Assembly: GCA_038870975.1 (NCBI GenBank)
Contig: JAVZJD010000001.1
Location: 608,001 to 672,000, forward strand
Source: Candidatus Bathyarchaeia archaeon
Lineage (GTDB): Archaea > Thermoproteota > CALKCG01 > B24
DNA length: 64,000 nucleotides
Reading direction: 5' to 3'
This document shows positions 29,122 to 39,135 of the stretch, in pieces; within the stretch, counting starts at the first letter, position 1; each line of letters begins with the position of its first letter. A program made the position numbers and the translations under genes. The notes beneath the pieces were generated by a model. The model was given only the letters and a program-made list of their open reading frames with translations. It was not told where the DNA came from and searched no databases.

Positions 29122-30825
29122 TTAAATACCTCCCTTAATGCTTAATGGATGAGAATTAACGAGGAGACTTTCATCGGTAATATAGTTTTCAAATTCAACG
29201 GTATAATAATCTCTAAATCTTCTACGGATATCTGAAACAACTGAATCTTCAAGGTCTTTTGAAATTGATGGGTTAACCCAGAAAATCGCTCCATCAACAC
29301 TTTTAACTACTTCACCGTTTACACAAACTATATTCCCAGCTTTTATCGTATATGCAGCTTTTCTAAACGCCTTTCTAATCAACTTGTAGTCTCTAGATAG
29401 GTCAATATTACGCGGATTAAAGTTGTATATCGCTATATCTGCATCAGCTCCAACTCCGAGGTGCCCCTTTGAGCTTAAACCTAAAATCTTAGCAGTGCCA
29501 GCTCTAGTAATTATGGCTATCTCATAGAGGCTGTATTCTCTGTCAATACTGTTGAGTAATGTTCTCCTCAAGGCCCTAGGATTCACTTTTTTCATGGTGG
29601 CTTCTCTAGCCTTACGGCTTATAAGCCAGGCCATAACCCTTGGGTATTCAGTGAATGGCCCAGCATTCGGATGGTCTGTTGTGAGGAAAACCCTCCATGG
29701 GTCTTTAATTAATAGAGCAAGCTCAAGCCCTGTGATCCATTGAATTGCATGTACGTAGTTTCGCTTCTTATATCTAAATGGTACGACTCCAGCTGAAGTT
29801 TCACATTCTACATCTGCATTAACCCATTTATAGTCCGTTAAAAGGTGAAGTTGAAATTGAAATGGGCCATCTGCAGTCATTGTCGTAGCATTGGAGAATA
29901 TGACCTGGCCTATATCTATAACTACGTGAGAATGCTTGTTTACGTAGTCGGCTACTTCCGGCGCTCCTGAATATAATTCAATCCAACTTTCACCAGCATA
30001 AGAGTTAAACTGGCAGTGAGTCAAGTATATAATCGGTTTGGATCCATCATATAAGTCTCTAACACAATCCATAGTCTCTATGAGAGTTTTATAATTTCCA
30101 GGCTGTCCAAGCCTATTGGCGTGTACATGTATAGGATGGGGGGCGTTTATCATCAGATTAACCTTACACAATCCCCTTAAGATCTCCCTCGGCGTCAAAT
30201 TAAACCCAAGTACGTTATCATCTAGGTTTCTGACGTTTCTTCCCCATCCCCACGACTCTAAACCACCGGGGTTCACAATTTTTAAAGCATATCCTTTTAA
30301 AGACTTTAAAAGCCAAGCTGTATAAGCCGCACATTCTTTAATCATGCCTTTTTCAAGATACTCCATTATAAACCAGCAATCTCCTACAAGGGGGAAAGAA
30401 GCTTTATCTACTATGGGAATATCATTAAGCTCCTCAATTGTATGCTTCTGTTTAAGCATTGGAGTTGCGGGTTCTACAACCATGGTGTAACCCATTCTGG
30501 CGTAACGGTAGCCAGTTACGAAAGTCGAGGGGACTGTATATCCTACACCCGACCTCAAACCGGGTTTACGTAGCTCATAGTCTCTATAATGGTCTTCAGG
30601 CCTTAGAGCTCTACCCGAGTTGACCTTTGAACCTGCTACATGACTGTGTATATCTACTCCTCCAGGCATTACAACCATACCAGTCGCATTTATGACCTTA
30701 ACATCGGTCCCTTTAACGTCTTCTACTATTTTGCCATTTTCCACGGCAATATCGATAATTTCACCATCAATGCCATTTATCGGATCAAAAACAAGACCAT
30801 TTTTTATCAGCAGTTTTCCAGACAT
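29122..30825 (-). CDS. fwdA: Formylmethanofuran dehydrogenase subunit A
   Basis: PGGVDIHSH, KIVNPGG, HVHAN, HCQF and TTDHPNAGPF. Confidence 0.95.
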   Translation of the reverse strand: MSGKLLIKNGLVFDPINGIDGEIIDIAVENGKIVEDVKGTDVKVINATGMVVMPGGVDIHSHVAGSKVNSGRALRPEDHYRDYELRKPGLRSGVGYTVPSTFVTGYRYARMGYTMVVEPATPMLKQKHTIEELNDIPIVDKASFPLVGDCWFIMEYLEKGMIKECAAYTAWLLKSLKGYALKIVNPGGLESWGWGRNVRNLDDNVLGFNLTPREILRGLCKVNLMINAPHPIHVHANRLGQPGNYKTLIETMDCVRDLYDGSKPIIYLTHCQFNSYAGESWIELYSGAPEVADYVNKHSHVVIDIGQVIFSNATTMTADGPFQFQLHLLTDYKWVNADVECETSAGVVPFRYKKRNYVHAIQWITGLELALLIKDPWRVFLTTDHPNAGPFTEYPRVMAWLISRKAREATMKKVNPRALRRTLLNSIDREYSLYEIAIITRAGTAKILGLSSKGHLGVGADADIAIYNFNPRNIDLSRDYKLIRKAFRKAAYTIKAGNIVCVNGEVVKSVDGAIFWVNPSISKDLEDSVVSDIRRRFRDYYTVEFENYITDESLLVNSHPLSIKGGI

Positions 30826-32109
30826 CTATCTCAACCTCCTAAGTATATGGGTTAAAATCTCAACGTCTGATAAAATTCCAGGAGGAGGTTCGATAATCTT
30901 CTTGAGTTGTATAGGAACACCATCCATTCTATAAGCCGTTCCAGCAGTTTCAATTCCAACATAAGCAACTGGTATCGCAACGTCAGCCATTTTAACTGTC
31001 GGTGTTATACTCGGATCTAAAATGATGAGCTTTACGTTTTTAAGCTTTTCAACGATGGAATATGGCAGATGGCTACATGGATCAGCGCCTACGACAAAAA
31101 GTAGATCGCATTCACCTCTGGCTAATACATCCACAGCTGATGTTTCTCCGGGGTTATACCTTGGATAACCCATTGAGAAGTCTACGCAGAAAGGATACCC
31201 AGTTTGCCAAGTGAAGACTTCATTGGCTCCAGTTACATTGAAGTGACCTCTCATAGGAATCATTACAAACTTTGTTTTCTTATTCAGGTCTCTAGTAAGA
31301 GCTATAGCAGCCTCGATGTTATGTTCTTTTCCATAGCTCATCGTAAGACCTAAGCCGAAGAATAATGCTCCAAATCTTGCGTTAACCATTATATCGGCTA
31401 ATTCCTCAAGCTTTGCCACTGCAACACCGCCAACTTCTTCAACTTCTAAATCTAAATCGTTTATCAATGCTCTTAAAGCTGTTAAAATTTCAAAGTCAGT
31501 ATTTGGTCTAACTTGGATAAACATATCCGCCATTGCGGCCGTGGGCGTTTTCCTAACATCTACAACCACCATACGTCTGTCTTTTCTACCAGTTACAAAT
31601 CTACCAGTAGATAGAGGACCGTAGCGCATCATATGCCTAGGATGAGCTTCCAAAGGATTGCAACCCCAGTACAGTATTAGGTCCGCTCTATGTCTAACTT
31701 GTCCCAGCGTCGCTGAAGGGATTCCCATATCTTGAAGGCCTAGAATCGTTGGGCCATGACATACGACAGATATGTTGTCTGCAAGACCACCGGATAAATC
31801 GGCCATTTCTAAGCATAGCTTTATTGCTTCACAACTGGTACATCCAAACCCATAGAAGACAGGGTAGTTGGAACTTTTAACCATTTCCACGGTTTTTTCG
31901 ATTGCCTTTTCTAGACCTGTCTCTACAGACTCTCCGTTAACTTTAACCCGTGGTTTTAGAAGTCTATTTTCACTTACACTTAAGAATTTACCACGACCAA
32001 GTGCGCATGCATTCCTAACGTTTATTATTTTATTAGATTCGACCTCGACCTCTAAATCGTCGCAACAGCATCCGCAAAAAGGACATAACACGTTTTTAAA
32101 GACCTCCAA
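30826..32109 (-). CDS. fwdB: Formylmethanofuran dehydrogenase subunit B (Cys form)
   Basis: CPFCGCCCDD, VCHGP, AHPRH, MRGHFNVTG and AYRMDGVP. Confidence 0.95.
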   Translation of the reverse strand: MEVFKNVLCPFCGCCCDDLEVEVESNKIINVRNACALGRGKFLSVSENRLLKPRVKVNGESVETGLEKAIEKTVEMVKSSNYPVFYGFGCTSCEAIKLCLEMADLSGGLADNISVVCHGPTILGLQDMGIPSATLGQVRHRADLILYWGCNPLEAHPRHMMRYGPLSTGRFVTGRKDRRMVVVDVRKTPTAAMADMFIQVRPNTDFEILTALRALINDLDLEVEEVGGVAVAKLEELADIMVNARFGALFFGLGLTMSYGKEHNIEAAIALTRDLNKKTKFVMIPMRGHFNVTGANEVFTWQTGYPFCVDFSMGYPRYNPGETSAVDVLARGECDLLFVVGADPCSHLPYSIVEKLKNVKLIILDPSITPTVKMADVAIPVAYVGIETAGTAYRMDGVPIQLKKIIEPPPGILSDVEILTHILRRLR

Positions 32110-32112
32110 CTT

Positions 32113-32481
32113 TCAGCCCTCCTTTTGACCACTTGCTTTAACAGGTTCAACTTCAACTTCTAACCCTTTGAAGCTAGGCATTCCAGTTCCATGTGTATTA
32201 GGGCTTGTTAAACTATTAACGCAAGGACCGTATGCCATGAAAATTATCCCTGGATGAGGAGCATACCTAGATTTCACCGCTTGAACTATAATGCTTCCAT
32301 GTTGGGAACTTATCCTAACGTTATCTCCTTCAACTATGTTAAGTCTACTCATATCCTCAGGGTCCATTTGACATACCGCTGTAGCATTCACATAGCGTTT
32401 TGAAAATTTACCCGTCTCCTTTCCCAATCCCTGTTCAAGACTTCTACCGGATACAAGTACCATTTTAACCAGACTAACCAC
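32113..32481 (-). CDS. fwdD: Formylmethanofuran dehydrogenase subunit D
   Basis: SGRSLEQG, GP..N and TGMPSFKG. Confidence 0.9.
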   Translation of the reverse strand: MVSLVKMVLVSGRSLEQGLGKETGKFSKRYVNATAVCQMDPEDMSRLNIVEGDNVRISSQHGSIIVQAVKSRYAPHPGIIFMAYGPCVNSLTSPNTHGTGMPSFKGLEVEVEPVKASGQKEG

Positions 32482-32601
32482 CGCCTAAGATGATTTAAAC
32501 AATCACTCTGAAAGAAATTTCATATACATAACCAGTTTAAAATTGTTTTCTATATAGTAAGACTTATTCTTTACACGTACTACTATAGTGTAGGTGACCA
32601 C

Positions 32602-33879
32602 TTGGAAAAAACATCCCGTATAGCTGGATTTTACAAATTAAGCTTGGAAGATAGGCTACGGATAGTAGCTGAATTTGCAGATTTAACAGAGGAAGAATGT
32701 AACTTACTTAGAGATACTGGCAGTCTAGAACTCGGTTTAGCTGATAGGATGATTGAAAATGTCATAGGTGTGATGCATATACCGTTAGGCGTTGCTTTAA
32801 ATTTTCTTATAAACGGAAGAGACTACTTAGTGCCTATGGCTATAGAAGAGCCGAGTGTTGTAGCAGCAGCAAGTAATGCCGCTAAAATAGCCAGAGCCAA
32901 GGGAGGCTTTCAAGCTTCTACTACACCACCTATAATGATTGGTCAAATACAACTCGTTAAAGTTCCAGACCCATATGGAGCCAAGTACACTATTCTAGTC
33001 CATAAGGAAGAAATTCTAAGTAAAGCTAACGAACAAGACCCAGTGCTAGTTAAATTGGGTGGTGGCGCTAAAGATTTAGAAGTTAGAGTCGTCGAATCTG
33101 ACTTGGGACCTATGGTCATTACACATCTTCTTGTAGACGTTAGAGATGCTATGGGTGCCAACGCTGTCAATACAATGGCTGAAGCTGTCGCACCATTAAT
33201 AGAGAAGCTTACTGGAGGAAAAGTTTATCTGCGTATTATTTCAAACCTGGCCGTTTATCGGCTTGCAAGAGCCAAAGCGGTATTCGATAAAGGAGAATTA
33301 GGTGGTGAAGAGGTCGTCGAAGGAATCTTATATGCGTATCACTTTGCTAAATCCGACCCGTTTAGATGCGCAACACACAACAAGGGAATTATGAATGGTA
33401 TAATCGCAGTGGCACTTGCTACGGGTAATGACACTAGGGCCTTAGAAGCTGGCGCCCATGCATATGCTGCCAGAACAGGCAAATACCAGCCGCTTACAAC
33501 TTGGGAAGTAAACAATGATGGTGATTTAGTAGGTACGATAGAGTTGCCCCTAGCCGTTGGAATAATAGGCGGGGCTACTAGATCTAACCCTCTAGCGAGG
33601 GTTTGTTTGAAGATTTTAGGCGTAAAATCTGCTTGTGAATTAGCCGAAGTTATGGCCTCTGTAGGATTAGCGCAAAATCTCGCGGCGTTAAAAGCATTGG
33701 CTACGGAAGGTATTCAAAGGGGACATATGAAGCTTCATGCTAGAAATATAGCTATAATGGCTGGCGCCACAGGTGAGTTGATAGATGAAGTGGCAGACAG
33801 GATGGTGAAAGAGAGGATTATAAGAGTCGATAAAGCTAAAGAAATTCTACAGGAACTTCTTGAAAAGAGGGGTAAGTAG
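32602..33879 (+). CDS. mvaA: Class II HMG-CoA reductase
   Basis: [24 protein letters not shown] and [10 protein letters not shown]. Confidence 0.93.
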   Translation: MEKTSRIAGFYKLSLEDRLRIVAEFADLTEEECNLLRDTGSLELGLADRMIENVIGVMHIPLGVALNFLINGRDYLVPMAIEEPSVVAAASNAAKIARAKGGFQASTTPPIMIGQIQLVKVPDPYGAKYTILVHKEEILSKANEQDPVLVKLGGGAKDLEVRVVESDLGPMVITHLLVDVRDAMGANAVNTMAEAVAPLIEKLTGGKVYLRIISNLAVYRLARAKAVFDKGELGGEEVVEGILYAYHFAKSDPFRCATHNKGIMNGIIAVALATGNDTRALEAGAHAYAARTGKYQPLTTWEVNNDGDLVGTIELPLAVGIIGGATRSNPLARVCLKILGVKSACELAEVMASVGLAQNLAALKALATEGIQRGHMKLHARNIAIMAGATGELIDEVADRMVKERIIRVDKAKEILQELLEKRGK

Positions 33880-34193
33880 GATTTTATGATAATGTTTTTA
33901 GTTTTTCACAGCTTTTATACACTAGCGTATTTTTATTTTATGTTCTCTGCGAAGAGGGTTTAGAAAAGAATTTAAATGTAGATCTCGTGGAAAACCTTCC
34001 GTGAGCTGTGTTTCTGTAAACGCACAGTATAGGAACGTAGACATACGGTGATTCCTGCACTAATAGTAACATTTAGAAGCTGTAGAAGAGAAAGAGAGTT
34101 GGTACGTAAAGCTAGAACTCTGTCCAACTCTCATAAAATGTAAAGGTTAATAAGATTGAAAGCAGGATAGTTTCCTGCTTAGGGGGGATGGAA

Positions 34194-36417
34194 ATGCCTA
34201 GGTATAAGACGACGGCTGAAATCCTTAGGATAATTAAGGATAAGGAGCTTATTCGAAAGGCTTAAGGCTAGAACCTTAAGCCCGAAAAATATAGGTATTA
34301 TAGCTCACGTAGATCACGGTAAAACCACCATGTCTGATAGTCTTCTCGCTGCCTGCGGACTGCTTTCACCATCAGTAGCTGGTCAGGCCTTAGCATTAGA
34401 CTACATGGAGGAGGAACAGCAGAGACAAATGACTATTAAAGCCGCTAACGTGAGCCTCTACTATGAATATGAAAATAAACCGTACGTCATAAATTTAATA
34501 GATACCCCTGGACACATAGACTTTACAGGGAAAGTTACAAGGTCTCTACGGGCAATAGATGGGGCTGTTGTTGTCGTAGATGCTGTTGAAGGTGTGATGA
34601 CACAAACAGAAACTGTAACGAGACAGGCTTTAGAAGAGCGTGTTAAACCAGTACTATACATCAATAAGATCGATAGGTTGATCAACGAACTCAAGCTCTC
34701 ACCGCAGAAAATACAAGAAACAATTGTTAAGATAGTCAAGGATTTTAACAGTTTAATCGAAATGTATGCCGAACCAGAGTATAGAAACACTTGGAAAGTT
34801 AGCTTCACAAACAACAGCGTAGCATTAGGCTCTGCAAAGTACAAGTGGGGGTTTACACTTAAAACTGCCCAGAGGAAAGGCGTAAAATTCTCCGATGTTG
34901 TAGCGGCTTATCAAGAGGGCAACATAGATCATTTGGTGAAAGCAGTTCCACTCCATGAAGCAATATTAGAAATGGTTATCGAGCATCTCCCCCCACCCCA
35001 TGTTGCTCAAAAGTATAGAATACCTAAGATTTGGAGAGGCGATCTATCTTCTGATGTCGGTAAGGCTATGCTAGAATGTGATGACAATGGCCCCGTAGTC
35101 ATGTGCGTCTCCAATATAACTGTCGACCCGCAAGCAGGTATAGTTGCTACTGGTAGATTATTTTCAGGGACCATAAATTCAGGTGATAACATTTATCTGA
35201 TAGGCGCTAAATCCTACAGTAGGGTTCAACAGGTCTGTATATACATGGGACCCAATAGAGAAATCGTCGGCAGTCTATCGGCTGGAAACATACCAGCTCT
35301 ACTAGGACTTGATAAGGCTAGGGCAGGTGAAACAATCTCATCTGTGCAGGATATTGTGCCATTTGAAGCCGTCAAATATGTGACCGAGCCTGTTGTAACT
35401 ATAGCGATAGAGCCTAAATATAGTAGAGATTTACCTAAACTAGTTGATATATTGAATAGACTTACAATAGAAGATCCAAACTACGTAATCAAGATCGACC
35501 AAGAAAGTGGAGAATACCTACTCTCAGGAATTGGACAAGTACATCTGGAAATAGCTTTAACTCTAATAGGTAAAACCGGTTTAGAAATCGTAACATCTCC
35601 ACCAACAGTTATATATAGAGAGAGCATCAGGAGCGCGGCGGGACCATTTATGGCTAAATCTCCAAACAAACATAATAGAGCATTCATAAGCGTTGAACCA
35701 CTAGACCCTGAGATAGTAGAGCTTATAACCTCAGGTCAACTTAATGATTCCTTAGATCGAAGGACAATAGCTAACATTCTTAGAGAGCATGGATGGCCTG
35801 CTGAAGAAGCTAGAAACGTTTGGAGCATAGACCAACATGGATGTATTTTAGTGGATAGGACTAAAGGTATCCAGTACCTTAACGAAGTTAAGGATTATAT
35901 AGTTTCAGGGTTCCTCTCAGCTATGGACGATGGGCCGCTTACGAGAGAGTATGTTAGAGGTGTAAAGGTTAACCTTGAAAACGCTGAATTACACTCCGAC
36001 CCTGCACACAGAGGCCCAGCTCAAATAATACCAATGGTTCGTAGGGCGATCTATGCATGCCTTCTATCGGCAGATCCAATCCTACTTGAACCTATAATGA
36101 AGCTTGTGAGTAGGGCTCCGACTGAAATGGTTGGCGCTCTTACAAAAATCATTACATCTAGAAGGGGACGCATTTTAACAATAGATCAAAAAGAATACGT
36201 TATTCAAGTTGAAGGAGAAATACCTGCTGCTGAAACATTCGACTTAGCGAATGTTATAAGATCGGCAACATCTGGTAGGGCTTTTTGGAGCCTACCATTT
36301 TCAAGATGGGCTCCAGTGCCATCATCTATGCTGTCTCAACTCGTAAGTGAAATACGAAAGCGTAAGGGATTACCTCCAGAACCCCCGAAGGCTGAAAACT
36401 TCATGGATAAAGACTAA
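34194..36417 (+). CDS. fusA: Translation elongation factor EF-2, split by a 31-nt BHB intron; join(34194..34257,34289..36417), 730 aa (alternative start 34188)
   Basis: Exon 1 reads MPRYKTTAEILRIIKDKELIR after a GGGGGG SD. Exon 2 continues NIGIIAHVDHGKTT, DTPGH, NKID and the HRG diphthamide loop. The unspliced frame stops at TAA 34263. Confidence 0.93.
34258..34288 (+). other. Putative BHB-type mRNA intron (31 nt, AGGCTTAAGGCTAGAACCTTAAGCCCGAAAA) in EF-2
   Basis: Helix TTCG(34252-55)/CGAA(34283-86); bulges AAA(34256-58) and AAA(34287-89); perfect 9-bp inner stem GGCTTAAGG/CCTTAAGCC; outer TA/TA. Canonical cuts give ATT CGA AAT ATA GGT = IRNIG. Confidence 0.92.
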
Positions 36418-36424
36418 CTCTTCC

Positions 36425-36534
36425 ACTCAATTCTAAGGCTAAACACCAATTAAATTCCAGCTGAATAGAGCGTGCTCTATTCAGCTACTCAATTCTAATG
36501 CTTAACAGTCTATTCAGCTGATGACTGTTAAGCA
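36425..36534. repeat. Cluster of direct and inverted repeats downstream of EF-2
   Basis: ACTCAATTCTAA twice (36425, 36487); AGCTGAATAGAGC/GCTCTATTCAGCT (36459-36486); TGCTTAACAGTC/GACTGTTAAGCA (36499-36534). Confidence 0.7.
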
Positions 36535-36701
36535 ATAATCTAACTATATCCATGTTGGAAACTGCTTCTAGATAGGTATACAAGGATTTGAAGTCCTTAT
36601 ATTGTTTTATATAATAAACTTTAAGCTTTCTCTCATTCTCAACAGTCATCATTTCAGCTCATCATAAAGCAGTAGACACGTAGATTTTAGTAAAGAATGG
36701 C

Positions 36702-37886
36702 TTATGTAAAATCAGAGTGCCTTCGTAACATATCAACCTCTGTTATACCTTCTCTGACGGCTAATAGGTAGATAAAACTCTCTAGGAAGAAGAGCGTTCT
36801 AAGCTCAAATATCGATTCAAGAGGATTCTTAGGAAGGTAGCTACTTCTAAGTCCTTTAATCTTATAGATTACCCTACCGGGTATTACTATTACAGAATTG
36901 CTATTTGATGCTAATTGACTCTCAGCATAAGATGTTATTGAGACGACTCTAGCACCTTTACTTTTAGCTTTTTCCGCCATAAGAGACGGAATATAGCCAC
37001 CAGACCCAGAAATTATCAAAACCGTGTCTCTAGGTCCAACCGATACACTACCTTTATCTTTCCAAAAATAGCATTCACGGTCTTCATTTGGCCTACAGCA
37101 ATGTCTAAGCCTTGTTACGAAAAAGGAGCCAACTATTCCAGAGAAGCCTTCTCCAACAACCACAGTTTTACCAGTCAGAGGATTTAGAGGAGATCTAGGC
37201 TTAGGTAGAGAGTAATACAATGATTTGAAATCACTCTGAGATGGCGTATAGCTCTTTAAACCCTCCATCAGTTTCTTAAACCATGTATAAGAATCGCTTT
37301 CGATAAATGACCCTACAAAACTCAGTGAAAAAAGCATCGTCCTAAGCTCGTATAGTGTTCCCATTGGTGTTAGAGGAGCATATTGGACGCCGATCAACTG
37401 TCTAACATAGTAGTCTTCCATGTGGTAGTTTAAAACCTCTTTACCGGGTATTTCGACTATTAAGTCAGATAGCTCTGCTAGAGGACTTTCGACGTTTGAT
37501 GTTATAGATACAATCTTAGCATTAGCATCGTGGGCTATTCTAGCCGTTTCAAGTGTATACGTAGTTACACCACTTCCTGAAAAGGCTATGAGAACATCTT
37601 CACTCCTCAGTACATATGGGATATCGTCAGGTCCATAGACTTGTTCAAAGCCTAAATTTCTTAAGAACCTGGTAAAAACTTCAGCATTTCCGCCAGATCT
37701 ACCGACCCCAACGCATATTATTCTTCTGGAGTTTCTTAAAAATTCCTTCAAGGCCTCCAATTTACTCCCATCTGGAAAACTGAAGCCTTCAACAAGTTTT
37801 ACGAGTCTATTGTAGATGTACGATATCTCTTCATTGGATTCCATTGCCATTCTAGCCGCCTCTATTCTATGGAATAGTAAGCTCAC
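36702..37886 (-). CDS. Tandem SIS-domain protein (6-phospho-3-hexuloisomerase-like)
   Basis: Two SIS repeats: GVGRSG..SGSG.T..PMGTLYE and GEGFSG..SGSG..SIFE. Confidence 0.8.
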   Translation of the reverse strand: MSLLFHRIEAARMAMESNEEISYIYNRLVKLVEGFSFPDGSKLEALKEFLRNSRRIICVGVGRSGGNAEVFTRFLRNLGFEQVYGPDDIPYVLRSEDVLIAFSGSGVTTYTLETARIAHDANAKIVSITSNVESPLAELSDLIVEIPGKEVLNYHMEDYYVRQLIGVQYAPLTPMGTLYELRTMLFSLSFVGSFIESDSYTWFKKLMEGLKSYTPSQSDFKSLYYSLPKPRSPLNPLTGKTVVVGEGFSGIVGSFFVTRLRHCCRPNEDRECYFWKDKGSVSVGPRDTVLIISGSGGYIPSLMAEKAKSKGARVVSITSYAESQLASNSNSVIVIPGRVIYKIKGLRSSYLPKNPLESIFELRTLFFLESFIYLLAVREGITEVDMLRRHSDFT

Positions 37887-38017
37887 ATGCTAGTATAACC
37901 TTTTCCCTACCCAACAATGTTGAAAATAGTGCTCTGTATGTTTAATGCACAGTTATCAGTATAAATCAACCTATTGAATAGCAAAACATTTACCTGAGCT
38001 TTGCCTTCTTCTTTACT

Positions 38018-39058
38018 ATGCATTACCTACATAGAGTCGAATGTGTTAAAAAGATCCTAACGGATGAAAATACAGATTTATTTATGATAACTGATCCTAA
38101 AAACGTCTTGTACTTAACTGGTTTTGAAGGGGGGAAACTCTTCATATCGCAGGATGATGAGCCGATTCTAATAGTCTCTGCTTTAAGTTTTGAAGAGGCA
38201 GAAGATGTTGCTAAGGGGGTGCATATTCAACGAGTACCATTGAGCGAATCTATGAAGAATTTCAGTTTAAATGTTTTGAAAGAACTTAGACCTAAGTCGA
38301 TATTTTACGACGATTTATCAGTTTCAGACTATTTAAGTTTGGAAGCCTTGGGTTTTAAGCTTAGAGATGGTTCAAGATATATCTCCCATCTTAGGAGAAG
38401 GAAGGACGAGACGGAGGTTGAATATATACGTAGAGCAGCTGAATTGACTGGAGAACTTATGGAAATTTTAATGACACATATTAAACCTGGAATAAGAGAA
38501 AACGACCTTGCGAAAGAAGCGGATATATTCATACGAGAACGTGGGCTCGAATATGCATTTCCAGTGATAATTGTTTCAGGGTTTAAATCATCCTATCCAC
38601 ATGGTAAACCATCTTTAAAAACCATCTCAGAATGCGAACCTGTGACGATAGATTTAGGAGTAAAATATGAAGGATACTGTGTAGATATGACTAGAAGTTT
38701 CATAGTTGGTCGAAACCCAGAATATGAGACCGTCCTTGAAGATGTAACCAACGCCCAGGGATTAGCGTTAAATTGCGTAAAGGCAGGCATTCAATGTAGA
38801 GACGTAGATAGAGTTGTGAGAGAATTTCTCGACAGTAAAGGCTACGGTGAACTTTTCATCCACAGTCTTGGACATGGTGTAGGTCTGGATATACATGAGC
38901 CACCATCTCTTAATCCACTTAGCGAAGATATATTGATGGAAAATGAGGTGGTAACGATAGAGCCTGGCATTTACTTCAAAAATAAGTTTGGTTGTAGAGT
39001 GGAAGATACGGTTTTAGTGCTTAAAGACAGATGTAAAGTGTTGACATCCGATAAGTAA
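38018..39058 (+). CDS. Xaa-Pro aminopeptidase (M24)
   Basis: PHG, D.G...GY..D.TR, HSLGHGVGLDIHE.P, TIEPGIY and RVED. Confidence 0.93.
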   Translation: MHYLHRVECVKKILTDENTDLFMITDPKNVLYLTGFEGGKLFISQDDEPILIVSALSFEEAEDVAKGVHIQRVPLSESMKNFSLNVLKELRPKSIFYDDLSVSDYLSLEALGFKLRDGSRYISHLRRRKDETEVEYIRRAAELTGELMEILMTHIKPGIRENDLAKEADIFIRERGLEYAFPVIIVSGFKSSYPHGKPSLKTISECEPVTIDLGVKYEGYCVDMTRSFIVGRNPEYETVLEDVTNAQGLALNCVKAGIQCRDVDRVVREFLDSKGYGELFIHSLGHGVGLDIHEPPSLNPLSEDILMENEVVTIEPGIYFKNKFGCRVEDTVLVLKDRCKVLTSDK

Positions 39059-39135
39059 GAGCAGTTATTACCAAGTTGAGCGAAACGGGTTGACTGAAGT
39101 AATCGTTAAATTTAACTACGTGGCTTAACAGCAAG

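Noticed and set aside
34111-34118. GCTAGAAC occurs both here and in the loop of the EF-2 intron
   Set aside because: A single 8-mer match nearby is plausible by chance.
34257-34290. +1 frameshift at GCT-TAA, pseudogene or sequencing error as the explanation for the split EF-2
   Set aside because: The +1 frame is open but would insert about 10 residues just before the G1 strand. A structured 31-nt insert with exact BHB geometry is not a typical sequencing error, and the rest of the gene is intact.
34330-36417. EF-2 starting at MSDSLL as in the ORF track, or a P-loop-less paralog
   Set aside because: The P-loop AHVDHGKTT is encoded in frame just upstream, and exon 1 supplies the normal N-terminus.
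36425-36534. CRISPR mini-array
   Set aside because: The direct repeat is only 12 nt and occurs twice, and no cas genes are in the window.
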